A stretch of 64,000 bases of DNA from Octopus sinensis (lineage: Eukaryota). A program made the position numbers and the translations under genes. The notes under the pieces were generated by a model. The model made no database searches. It was given only the letters and a program-made list of their open reading frames with translations, and was not told where the DNA came from. Shown piece by piece: positions 1 through 12,100 of this stretch (the stretch's first letter is position 1; each line of letters opens with the position of its first letter). The stretch spans positions 152,582,001 to 152,646,000 of the forward strand of contig NC_042998.1 in assembly GCF_006345805.1 (NCBI RefSeq), in the 5' to 3' direction.

Positions 1-116
1 CCTCTCCACTTCAGGTAGCCATGTTTCTTCACTAATGCAAGAAACCTTTTTCTGCTCCTTAATATTATCCCCCCCCCACCACCACGTTAGTTGAGAAGTC
101 TAGCCCTGTAAATTAT

Positions 117-311
117 TTGGTGACCTCACTGCTGCTGGTACCACATAAAAAACACCCAGTACACTCTGTAAAGCATTTGGCATTAGGATGGGCATCCAGC
201 CATAGAAACCATGCCAAAGCACACAGCAGAGCATGGTGCAGTCTTCTGATTTGCTATTTCCTGTCAAACTGTCCAACCAATGCCAGTATGGAAAACAGAC
301 ATTAAATGATG
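117..311 (+). mobile_element. RTE-type LINE 3' tail fragment
   Basis: Shares ggcattaggaagggcatccagc...catgccagcatggaaaa..gacattaaatgatgat motif with the 3' end of the RTE at 62900-63076. Confidence 0.75.
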
Positions 312-399
312 ATATAATATAAATGGTAAATATATAAGAAAAAGCTTTGGTCTCCTTTGATGAATAATATTTGGTTTTTATGTTTTTCCAGAATTAATC

Positions 400-550
400 A
401 TGAGTCGTAAAAGAACATTGATGCCTGATATCTATAAAGCGAAGAAACGGCAGTGTTTGGCTGTTGGAACTGCTGCTGCTACTGTTGCTGCCTCTGCCAC
501 TCCCACTCCCAATTCTCTTGACAGTGAAGAAGCAGAGAACAAGAATGATT
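400..550 (+). CDS. STK19: STK19 coding exon 1 (MSRKRTLMPDIYKAKKRQ...EAENKND)
   Basis: Acceptor ...ttttccAG at 390-391, ATG at 400, donor GTAAGT at 551 (phase 1). N-terminus resembles human STK19 MSWKRHHLIPETFGVKRRR. The upstream acceptor implies a 5' UTR exon outside the window. Confidence 0.88.
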
Positions 551-2902
551 GTAAGTTAACAACATTCATAGATAGATGTATATACACACACACACACACA
601 GTTATGCCTTGGCTAGTGCTCTAGTTACATCCCTAAAAGCTGCAGCACTACCCAAAGCCACATTATATTGGGCCAATATAGAGAACCATTCTAACATAAT
701 ATAAACAGAGTTGTGGGCTAAAAAAATAAAGATGAGGTCAAAAGAACAGAGTGGATTAGGTTGACACTCAGGAAAATTGTAAGAAGTCTTTAATGTTTTG
801 AGCTTACAGAAAGCGTAGATGAGGAAAGAAAAAAATAGAGAAACAGTGAGATGACTGGAAAAAGAATTTGGCTTGAGGTGTGGGTGGCAAAGGAGACAGC
901 AGTGTGTGTGTATATGATGAAATATATATGTGTATAGTCTGTGTGTTTAAGCATGTGTATGTGTGTGTATGAAACTATAGTGTATATGTATACCATGTGC
1001 ATTTAGCATGTATATGTGTGATCTTATTTTTTGTTTATGTGTGTATGCATGTGATGCTATTGTGTGTGTTTATACATGTGTGCAAGTCACTGTTTTCAGT
1101 TGGTGTTTGTATGAAGCAGAGAAATGCCACCTAGGTAGGCAATGTAGGTAGTGCCTACCTTGAATAAAATAGGTTGATAGCAGTATTTTCCTTTTATGGC
1201 AAAATATGCATTTAATTCAATAAAATGCAAAATATTTAATTTTTTTGTAGAGTAGGTAGACAATTCGCCTCTGCTTTTCAATCTCAGTATTTAAGCTATG
1301 CATAGTATTGCTGTAGTGCATGTGCTGCATACACTCCTAGAACACCATTTTCTTTACATGCTATAAAGGCAGAAATAAATCTGCCTTCAACTCCGTCGCA
1401 CACCTGTGTTTCACTTGCACTGCCTACCTGAGTAATTACTGACTGCACATGCCTGGTATAAAGTTAATGTGTGTATGTATATTCCATGTATTTGTGCTTG
1501 CATGTGTGTGCGTTATAGGAGGGTGTTGTGAGCTTCATAGGTTATCCTTAATGTTGATATAGATACAATTGAATGAGCAGGTGGACAAGTAGCATTTTGT
1601 AAAAAATCAAATTACTATGAAACAAGCAACTATAGAATCCCTATGAACATGTGTAATTGAAGAGATGAAAGACAGATAGAGGAGCTCGTAGGCAGGTGAC
1701 TTAAATATGAAGTTATTGCAACAAACATAGTCAAAAGTTTTATTGGTTTTTAAGAGCAACATTAATTTAGCCCATGTTTTCAAGGAGCATTAGTGCCAAA
1801 AAAGTAAGTCTTTGGTAAACATGGCTCTGTGGATATAATATTGGTAGACAAAAAGAGACCATTAATAACAGGTTCCACACTTTTGAAATATAGAACCTGA
1901 CAGGTTCAGAGATATTTCCTTTTATTGGAACCATAAAACTAGAGCTGATTTCCAATGATTGGTAAACATTCCTGGAGAGAGAGAGAGTTTATTGACTATA
2001 GAAGTTAGGTCTGAAGTTTGTTGCTTAAGGATAAAGGAAGGGATAATGTTGGTACCATGAAGAAATAGTATTAATATTAGAAAGTGATAATGTTCATACT
2101 AGAAAAGGATACAGAGGAGTATTTGTTTCATGGACAAGTTGTTATGGCCTCAACAAAGAGAGAAAGTATATCCCTACAGCAAAATCATATGGCAGCAAGA
2201 GATTTGATACAAAATCAGACTGAAATTTTAGCAAAATGATAGCTTGTATTAACCAATCAAGTGTAGACATATTCTTGAGAAAGACAAATAATGATGGTGT
2301 TGTATTTGATTTATTGACAGGATACAAAGCCATCAAGAAACTCACCCTGGGAAATCAGGCTGAAATTTAAAGTCAAACATAAAATTTAGCATCAAATCAA
2401 GTACAGTTGCCTCCCCTTAAGTGTGACTTGTCCTGGCCTGTATAATTAGTGAAATATTCACACCAACATTGTCGTGAATACAGATATAATATAGTTCTTA
2501 ATATTTAAAGTCTCCCATCTAGCAAATAATTACCTTGTGGACGATGTTTTGCCTTTTCCACAATTGGTAGGTAAAACATGACCATGGTCTAGGCTAGGAT
2601 TATGGAAGTCATTTCAAGAGGGGTGGCATCACAGGAAGGGATATTTGGTAGGGATGAGTTGAAAGGAGAGACAAATGTACAAGCTAGCTCAGAGTGTTAG
2701 AAACTATTATTGTAATTGTATAAAAGACAGAGAGAAGGCATCTTGTGAGGTGGCTCTGGTGGTGGTGTAGTGGAGGAGAGACATTAGTAGTAATGATGGC
2801 AATGGTTGTGGTGATGGTGGCAGTGGTTGTGACGATAGTGGTGTTAGTGGGTGATATCATTGCCGTAGTAATAATGATTTGTTTTTTTCTGTATGTTTTC
2901 AG

Positions 2903-3054
2903 TGGCAGACATTCCTTCAGACACCAAAGCTTCACTTTTGTATCTGAAGTCCCTGTTCCCTCTTGAAAAATTTGAAAGCCGTTTACCTCCTGTAATACTA
3001 AAACATCAAGTCTACAGTATTGTCAAGAATCGTACTTTAGTTGACAAACAGTTG
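2903..3054 (+). CDS. STK19: STK19 coding exon 2 (LADIPSDTKASLLYLKSLFPLEKFESRLPPVILKHQVYSIVKNRTLVDKQL)
   Basis: ttttcAG acceptor, GTAAGT donor at 3055, phase 1 to 0. Matches human LFPRGLFEDALPPIVLRSQVYSLVPDRTVADRQL. Confidence 0.95.
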
Positions 3055-3399
3055 GTAAGTTAATTTGATATACCTCCATCCATCTCATCTCATGCCTTTA
3101 TTCTGTGTATGTTTTCCAATTCTGGCACAGACTGGACATGTTTTATGAGGTTATCTGTTTTATCTGTTTTATGATGTCCAGTATCCTGAGACAAAACCTT
3201 TATTCTTTTCCTTGTCTTCCATTTGTATTGTTTTACCTGACATATGCATCACATATCTATACCAGTATTGTCTTCTCCCTTTCATATTACATCAAGCCTT
3301 TTAGTCTTGAAGAGTCTTCAAAAGTCTCTGCTCATTATCCAGACACAGTAATAAAAATAGAGTGGCTGATTACTCTTATATAATTTATCTCTAGGTTCA

Positions 3400-3900
3400 C
3401 CTCTCTTCCATATTAACATTACACATCCAGTTGTCATATAACTTCTACAGTTGATGATCAGGTTCTCATTAATATGCAGCATCACCATCACACTCAAATG
3501 TTTTATACTCTACCCTTCACAGTTGTTACTATCAGAAGTCGTAAATCCCTTAACATTTTTTACATGATTCTTATCCTGGCTACTCTACTTTCACCACAGC
3601 TACCTCCAGGGCTGATTAGCTGACCAGAATAGCACAAGTTATCAACATCTAGTATCCTGTGGAGTTGAAATATTCTATTTCTTGGTTGTTCTTACTACTC
3701 ATTGCATAAAATCATTCTCTTCTGTTATCCTAACCTCTAACTGCAATCTTTAATATACACCCATAGTTTATAGTGAGAATGCAGCATAGGATTGGTGCCT
3801 CCTTTCTTTCTGCACATTGAGCACACCCATTTTTCATATGTTGCCAGCTCTCCATTTTCTTTTCTGTTACTTAAAACTTCTCTTTTTACTAAGCATTTTA
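3400..3900 (-). mobile_element. Decayed RTE LINE fragment (RT C-terminal/PHD region)
   Basis: Minus strand reads WVCSMCRK...KLWV, resembling the Cys-rich insert of the RTE at 61528; many stops. Confidence 0.5.
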
Positions 3901-4034
3901 GGCATTTTGATTCTTGATCTTGCTTACAAATTTTTGGAACACTTTCTTTAATTCTGTGACTGATTCAATTGTAAGAATTACATCACTCTTTCTTAACACC
4001 CTCTCATATTAGCCATCAATTACACCTACCCCAC

Positions 4035-4280
4035 GGGCATATGGCATAGTGGTTAAGAGTGCAGGCTACTAACCCCAAGATTCTGAGTTCGATTCCAGGC
4101 AGTGACCTCAGTAATAATAATAATAATAATAATTATAATAACATCGAAAAATACCTTAGGAATGAGAACCCAGGTTCGAAATTTCCCCAAGACACCTGAT
4201 GAAGGCTGGAGGGTATATCAGCTGAAACATGTTAACAACAAAGAATATGAGGACAAATATCCTTCAAATGTAAATAATGT
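4035..4280 (+). mobile_element. tRNA-headed SINE with internal (TAA)n and a hammerhead-like tail
   Basis: A box TGGCATAGTGG at 4042, B box GAGTTCGATTCC at 4085, (TAA)n at 4112-4141, then ACAC-CTGATGA-A-GGCTG-N10-CAGCT-GAAA-C at 4192-4228. Confidence 0.75.
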
Positions 4281-4671
4281 ACCTCATCTCTTAAATAAAG
4301 GACTGTACCCCACTTTTATTCACTACTTACTGTATCCATCCTTATGTGTCTCTAACTTCCATCTCTGTCACTGTATATCCTTCCAGTTCTTTGAACCACT
4401 TCACACATCATATCCTTAAGTCTCATCTATGTATTAATTTGATATATACTGTTGCTCTCCACATTTTCTGCACTGCCACCTATCACCTTCTTCCTATACA
4501 ACATCTGTTTCTTTCCCACCCCAACTCATACTAACCATCAACCACACCTTTGCCCTTGTTCACCATTCACTACATTCACCTCTCGTGAATTTTAAACACC
4601 TACCCTTCCTGGTTTTCTGTCTTCATACTCACTTCTCAGCTTATATCTTGAGAGTATGCCTTGACATTGTA

Positions 4672-4746
4672 TCATCAAAGTGGGACTGAACCCAGAGCCA
4701 TGTGTTTCGGAAGTAAACTTCTTACCACACAGCTATACCTGTGCCT
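4672..4746 (-). mobile_element. tRNA/CORE-type SINE head fragment
   Basis: Same family as 34470-34626, 35020-35177 and 45030-45163 (gtgggactgaacc...cttcttaccacacagc). Confidence 0.65.
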
Positions 4747-4864
4747 ATATGTATATAGACCTCTACCTTTAGGCAAACATTTGCACAAACCTTTTCAGTT
4801 ACTGAAAACTGTCTCTCAACTATCCACTCACTTTTCCTAACACACCTATAATATTAGAGCAGCC

Positions 4865-5060
4865 ATAACCAGTGTAAGCACAATGAAACGTAGATCTGGA
4901 GAGATTGTTGAAATACTAGAATGGAAATATGTAGACATGTGCTGTGTGCAAGAGGTAAGATGGAGGAAGCCTCAGGCAGACTTCTCACACTCAAGGAACA
5001 ATGTATAAATTCTTCTGAGTAGGCAATAGTGATGGTTGAGGGAGGAAGGCATACTTTTGG
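4865..5060 (+). mobile_element. RTE LINE AP-endonuclease N-terminal fragment
   Basis: Reads VSTMKRRSGEIVEILEWKYVDMCCVQEVRWR (CxQE motif of APE); then degenerates. Confidence 0.7.
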
Positions 5061-5341
5061 TAAAGAAATGAGTAAAGTGATTAGGGTAGGTAAGCTGGGG
5101 CCAGCTTAAATGGTCTCAGGAAGCGAGAGAGAGAGAGTATGGTGATGGGGTTAGAAGGAAGAGAGAATGTAGTGATGGGAGTGTAAGAGAGAATGAAAGA
5201 ATAACAGCAAAGATAAAGCAATTCCAAACTCATTCTTATACTATTTCATACCTTTTATCTCTTTCTCCTTCTTTCTTTATCTTTTAATTATTTTTCTTGC
5301 TTATTCTCACACACATCTGATCAGTCTCTCTCTCATTTTAG

Positions 5342-5483
5342 GCAGATCTAAAGTCAAATGGTGAGATTAAACTCTTCAAGTTTGGAACAGACACCAATGA
5401 CTTCAGTATTTTATTCACAGAAGACTACCGAAATCACATCAGTCGGCTGACAGAGGATAACTGCATCAGTAAAGTCATTATAG
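5342..5483 (+). CDS. STK19: STK19 coding exon 3 (ADLKSNGEIKLFKFGTDTNDFSILFTEDYRNHISRLTEDNCISKVII)
   Basis: ttttAG acceptor, GTACGT donor, phase 0 to 1. GEI and FTEDY match human GEIRIVQLGFDLDAHGIIFTEDY. Confidence 0.95.
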
Positions 5484-6041
5484 GTACGTTTCTTGTGGTT
5501 TTCAATATTTTCTCAAGTGGAGTAGGGAAGCTGAGATTGAGCAACTTCTTACCTTCAAGGTATCTTATTCTCAAGCACGAAACATTAATCCAACCTTGGA
5601 GGATGAGCTGAAGACCCACTAATTGATTTCAATGGAAATATATGCATTTAATTGTCAAGTTGGTGGTGGTGGTTGTGATGGTAACAAAGGTGGAGTGTTG
5701 TTTGGCTCTGTATCAGCCTAGATTGAACACACGCTTAAACACATTCCTGTCTTTTTTGCTGTTTTTTTTGTTTGTTTCAGGCATACTGTATCTTGGTCAA
5801 CATTATCTAATGTGTCCTTTTCTTATTAAGCTAGTCCATGTTGTAAAGTGGTTGGCACCATCTCATCTCTACAAACTGTAGTCATTTAAAAAGAAAAACT
5901 CTTCATTTAGGCTCCATGCTTTGAATATCACAATGGCAGCAAGATAATTTCATTTTAGAATGAAATGAAATGTTTTGGTCCTTCTTTATATAAGCCTTAT
6001 TCTTCTAAAATGTGAATTATCTTGCTAACTTTCTGGATCTA

Positions 6042-6925
6042 CAGGGTGTTTCAAAAGTCTATCACATTCTAAGAACTCTTATATCATGAACTATAAATGG
6101 TAGCATGATTGAACTGGTACCATTTAAAAGCTAAAAGTGTCAAGTTTTCTTCTGTTTTAATTTAAATTTGTTTTTTTACTCTTTTCAGATCCAATAATGT
6201 CATTCACAAAATAAGAGAAGTCATTTTGCATTCTAGGCTATGCTGAAACTGAATCATGGACACGTGTTCAATGCAAATTTCATACGTTTACCAAGTAGGC
6301 ACCAAACAGACATTCCATTTTGAATTGGCATGCAAAATTTAAGGAGGGGTGTTTATGCCCTGTGCAAAATTCATGGTGAATAGGTTTATTAGTGTACTTC
6401 AACTGTTGAACCAGTTGCTGCTTGTATGGTGTGAACTGCAGCTGTTTCCTTAAGACGCATCAACTGAAGTTCTCAATTGGCTATTCTGACTGATTTCTGG
6501 GGGCTTGCACTGGAAGGCTTGCCAAACTTGTTCAACCATATCATCTGAAGTTGAGGGGTATACTGTTCTCTTTGCTGGGCTCAAACAACCCTTCTCCTTA
6601 AATTTTGCATGTCAATTCAAAATGGAACGTCTGTCTGATGCCTGCTTGGTAGATGTCCAAAATGTGTGCTGAACACGTGTCTATGATTCAGTTTTAGTAT
6701 ATGCTAGGACGCAAAATGACTTATCTTGTTTTGTGAATGACATTACTGGATCTGGAAAAATGCCAAAAAACAAAATTAATTTAAATTTAATTAAATTAAA
6801 ATTAAATTAACAGAGGAAAACTAGACACTTTTAGCTTTTAAATGGTACCAGTTCAATCATGCTACCATTTGTAGTTCATGATATAAGAGTTCTTAGAATG
6901 TGACATAGACTTTTGAAACACCTTG
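6042..6925. mobile_element. Non-autonomous Tc1/mariner fold-back element
   Basis: TA at 6040-41 and 6926-27; TIR CAGGGTGTTTCAAAAGTC; ~300-bp imperfect inverted arms; degenerate transposase N-terminus (MSFTK*EKSFCILGYAETESWTRVQCKF). Confidence 0.85.
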
Positions 6926-7502
6926 TATATCTCCTGATTATTGACAGCTGGCTACCACGCCCTCAGAGTGTTTGGTCTCTGACTCCTATGGGACTTCATT
7001 TACCTAGTATATATTTGTCTTCTCAACAGTAAAGTCCACTTAATATACTTCTTTCGTTTAACATATACAGTACAGCTATAGAAATTGAAAACACCTTAAA
7101 GCGTTGATGAAGCTACATAAATGGCAGACAAATCTCCCTCAAATCACATCCTACTCCCTTCAAATAACAATGGGCACTCATTGGATATACAATATCAGAA
7201 GAAAAATTATAGGGATTATCATGAGTGGAATGTCTTTGATCATAAACCAGTTTTGTACTGAGGCTAAATCTCAACTAAATAGAGCTGAGGTATGTTAGCC
7301 AAAATACAGAGTAATGTTTTGGTCACACAGCACAGAATCAGTAAAACTGGTGACTAGTTGATGTTTTCTTCAGTAAATCTGCACCAACCAACAGTAGCAA
7401 GAGGGTGTACTCAACAAACATTATATTAAATGCAGTCACACAGAAAATTAAATAAGTGTATGTTTTCTTTTATTTATTGCTTTTTTTAAATTTTTTCTGT
7501 AG

Positions 7503-7599
7503 ACAAATTCCTGAATACAGTTGTGCGAAACTGGACTGATGTCAGTGTCAACAAAGAAGTTATGATTGACAAATTCCATTTCAAGGATGAAGAAATTAC
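7503..7599 (+). CDS. STK19: STK19 coding exon 4 (DKFLNTVVRNWTDVSVNKEVMIDKFHFKDEEIT)
   Basis: tctgtAG acceptor, GTAAGT donor, phase 1 to 2. Aligns to human KFLASVLPACGDLSFQQDQMTQTFGFRDSEIT. Confidence 0.93.
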
Positions 7600-9149
7600 G
7601 TAAGTGACAGCTGCAGTTTCCACCTTCAAACAAATGGGTTATTGTTGGTGTTGTTGCTTTGCATATGTTTATTGATTTTTAAAACAAGGCAGTTACTGTT
7701 AATACTCCTTGTATCTGTTCTCAACTGTCTCTACTGTACTCTATCACACTGGACATTTATTAACCTTATTGTTATTATTTGTTGTCATTTCTTCAGAATA
7801 ATCACACGAAGTCCAATAACGTACATTGTCTAAATCAGACCTATCAGATGATTTACTGTTGTTATTTTGTGAGGGTACTGACAGATGTGGGATGTTCTCT
7901 ATTTAACATAGCAGTGTATGTCCTCTATGAGGTGTTTATGATTGTCTTTATTATTATTTAACCACAAAACAGCCCTGATCAATCAGGTTTCTGACCATTA
8001 CAGTTGCCACTATCTAGTCTTTTATTTTCATGCACAGAACTCTGAACTACATTATTCCATGTGTCATGTTCTGAGACAGCAGAAGCTAGACATTATTCAT
8101 GAAATCTGAGTTGTCTCTGGCAACCAAGCAAAATTTATACTTTGAAATTGTGAAACATTGGTCAGAAATGATGGTGTAAATATCACTTCCAGTATCTTGA
8201 TGGACCTTATAGTACACATATCTGTAAATAAACCTAGATACACCTCACTACTATTCTCACTATTCTGACTTAATGCACATCACTATTACAAGCAGAATTC
8301 CATTAACTTGCTGTCATGAGAACAAATCTATTGGTGGGCATGGGAAAGACAACAGTGTAATCAATGCTTTATAATCAGTATTGTGTATATATTTCCTTAA
8401 ATTACTGCATGAAGATTATCTTTAGGAATGTCCCAATATATTTAGAGAATAAAAGCCCTAATAGTGATGACTATTCACTTTATTTTGGCACCCTGCCTTT
8501 TGAGTTCAAATACTTTGAGTTGAACTTATTATTCTTTTCCTCACTTCGGTAAAAGAGAGCAGCAGGTCTAGTGTGATGGATTGGATAATACAGCATCAAC
8601 TGTGATGATTTTTGATACATGTTAACTCACCTAGTTTTCTTTATTTTGATGATATTGCAAGCTTTGGCTAATGATTCAGTCAGTTCACTGACTTAAGTCT
8701 AAAATATACTGAACAAGTATGTCTACAGTTTTATTTACCACATATAGAGTTATGTTTGAATTTCTTGTTTCCTTCCCCTTGGATACAGGAATTTTCCCTT
8801 TTTGCATAGGTACATGCATACAGAGATACAAATAAACACACACACACACATCGTGGGTCTATGGCTCTGATCGCAAAAATAGTGTTTGAAAGGAACAAGA
8901 TTTCAAAACTTTAAACCAATCCAAGAAAATGCGAATTTGCAGCATCTCACCATTCTAAATAGGATTTCTAGGAATTCTTCCATCAATACAACCGACACTA
9001 GATAATGTGTGTGCCTTCAGAAGGGAACTACTTCAAAGGAGGTTAAAAGCTACACTGATGTGTCGTAATTTTCTTTTTATAGTACCAGACCCAATACGTT
9101 TTGATCAGACTTCTTTTATATATCTATATATATATATATATATATATAT

Positions 9150-12100
9150 TTCTCAACAAGAATGGAAAAAGTAAACATTAAGTTCTCCCCTAAAGACATC
9201 CCCTTACATAGTATAGATGAATATAATTGGCTTCTCATTCATAGGATTAACGATTTCATTAGAAGAATCAGGTGGAAAACGTACCATTTTGATGTCAAAC
9301 AGAAGAAGAAACCTCAGGAAATGAATACCGAAAAGAATTTTAGAAGAATTTTTAAAAGTAGAAAAAGCCCACCTCAGAACCCATTCCTGGAGAACTTTGA
9401 GAAAGACTTGCTGAATCTTATAGATGATATTAGCTTCAATGAACACCCGTTAAGATATAACCCTCACCTTAGACACTTAGGAACTTTATTCAGTCAACCC
9501 GGTGCAAACATGGAATCCTAGTACCAGCAGATAAAACGGGTAATATGTATAGAGTTGATTACAATATTTATAGCAAATTAATTAGGAAAGAACTAAACTC
9601 CAAATATAAAATTACAACTAAGAACAATTTGAAAAAAGTAAACATGGAAATGAAAGAGATCATGGAGAAACTAAATTTAACAGATAGAACGGAGCCACTT
9701 AAACCCTGTGAGCCCAGGATCAACCTTAAAGACCACAAAAAGGACTTCTTGGATAACCCTTCAGTAAGGCTGATCTGTCCAACTAAGTCGGACATTGGCC
9801 GACTTAGTAAATCTATCCTGGATACTGTTCTACCCCAAATAACCCCTCTTCTCCTTAAACCTATGGCTAAGTACCGACGAAGTTCTAAAATGGTTTAACT
9901 CTCTAACTAATACTAGTAGTCTGTCCTTTATTCAGTTCGATATTAATAGTTATTACTCTAGCATTTCCCCTATCTTACTCAACAAATCACTAATATTTGC
10001 CATGAATCGCTCCCTCATAACTAGAGAAGAAATCAATATTGTGCTACTAGCTAGGAAGACATTTATTGAATTTGAAGATAATTATGGACTAGAGCAGATA
10101 CACCAAATTTTTTTGATATACCAATGGGTTCCAGTGATTCGGCTGAGGTAACCAACCTAGTAGGCGCATATCTATTAAAATGCATAAGCAAGGATATCCA
10201 GAAATACAGGGGGGTCTATATAGAGATGATGCTCTGTTTGTTATCCCTAGTAATAATAAATCTGTTATAGAAAGGATTAGAAAGAAAATTATAAGTTCTT
10301 TAAGGATTTCAACCTCAGTATAACGTATGAACCGGGCACTAAAATAGCTAATTTCCTAGATATTACCCTAGACCTTAACTCCAAGCTACATTACCCATTT
10401 AGAAAGGAAGGCGAAGTCACGAATTACGTAAATAAATTATCAAATCATCCCCCAAATATAATAGAATCTTTAGTAAGAAATATTTCATTAAGAATTTCAA
10501 AATTATCATCCAATAAGGATATATTTAACTCCCATTCTGAGCATTATAATGCGGCGTTAACTAAGGCTGGATACACCAAAAGATTACATTCGTTGATAGG
10601 GAGAACTCACGTATTCCTAATAATGAAGTTATCAGTAATCAAGTAAGCAGCAAAAAAGACCAAACCCGAAATAAAAGTAGAATTAAATTAACGGTAAACG
10701 CTAATCTAGAGTACAGCCCAACAATTCAAATAGAAGCATTGACCAGAACATAGGTAACTCGGATAAGATTGAAGTAGATAAACCTAAGATGCACACAAAT
10801 AAAAATAAAATAATGGTAATAAATACAATAACTCCGGTGAGATGAATAGTAGTAATTCTACGAACCCTAAATTTTATAAAAAAGATATTATGGCTGAATA
10901 TTCCTTTCAACTGTGCGATACAATCGGATATACAGAACAAATCAAAGTAATTCTGGAAAAAAATTTCCCTATCTCTCATAGATATCATAGAATTATTTCT
11001 AGGAAAACAGTTAGGATTTCTTATTCAACCCTCCCAAATATGTCCACTTTAATAGCTAAAATTAATAATAACAACATTACTAGCCAGGAAAGATAGAAAT
11101 AAAAATAATAATATCAGAATGAATACCAATAGCAATAACAATAATACTACCAACAATAAAAACAGCAATAGGAACTATCAAAACATAGGTGAAATTAGTA
11201 ACCACAGAATGACTAATAACATTAACATTAATAGTAATAATAACAATGCCGATATTAATAGAGTAATATTGTTAATAATAGAAATAATAGAAATAGGCTA
11301 ATGGAGAAAATAAGGAGAATGAAAATATCAGTGATATCTATAACAATAATATACAGTTGGATAAAAAGACTAACAATAATAATAACATTACGAATAATAT
11401 AAGAAATCTTGGTAGGACTTTACACCTAAATGATGAAACGGAAGGATCAATAAATAATAACAATACTTTAGATATCAGTACCAACTATAGAAATGATAAT
11501 CAAAATAATAGGAACCTTAAACATCTACCCAGGAATAATCCAAGGCCTGAAGTTGTTCCTCCTGTGTGTAAGTGTAGAATAAAATCAAAATGCCCGGCAC
11601 CTGGTCTATGTAGGGAAAATAATGTAATCTATAAATGTACCATATCCACGGAGAATAACAAATTTTTTACATTGGCTGTACAATTAATTTTTTAGCCAGA
11701 GTTAGAAATCACATCTCGACTTTTAAATTACGTCATAAAGCTGGTACCACCACACTTTCAAACAAAATCTGGGAACTCAAAAATAATAACAAAAATTATA
11801 CCCTTAATTGGGAAATAGTTAGGAGAGCAATTCCGTATAAAAATAGTAGGGTTGGTTGTCAACTATGCTCCATGGAGACGTACGAAATTCTAAGCATAGT
11901 AAACATAGAAACTTATTGAATAACCATATCGAACTAGGTCAAGTTTGTGTCCACGCTAAATTGAAGACTTTAAAATATTTTAAATGATTGGAATATTCAT
12001 AACTAGATAGATAGATATAACTTGATTTCTACTAGTATAGCACTGCTTTAAGTAGATAACTAAGAGTTCTCACATTACAGTTATCTTTATCCTTTTCCTT

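Noticed and set aside
4035-4110. tRNA gene (also at 37497)
   Set aside because: A and B boxes are present, but the acceptor stem does not close and there is no T-run terminator; it continues into a SINE body.
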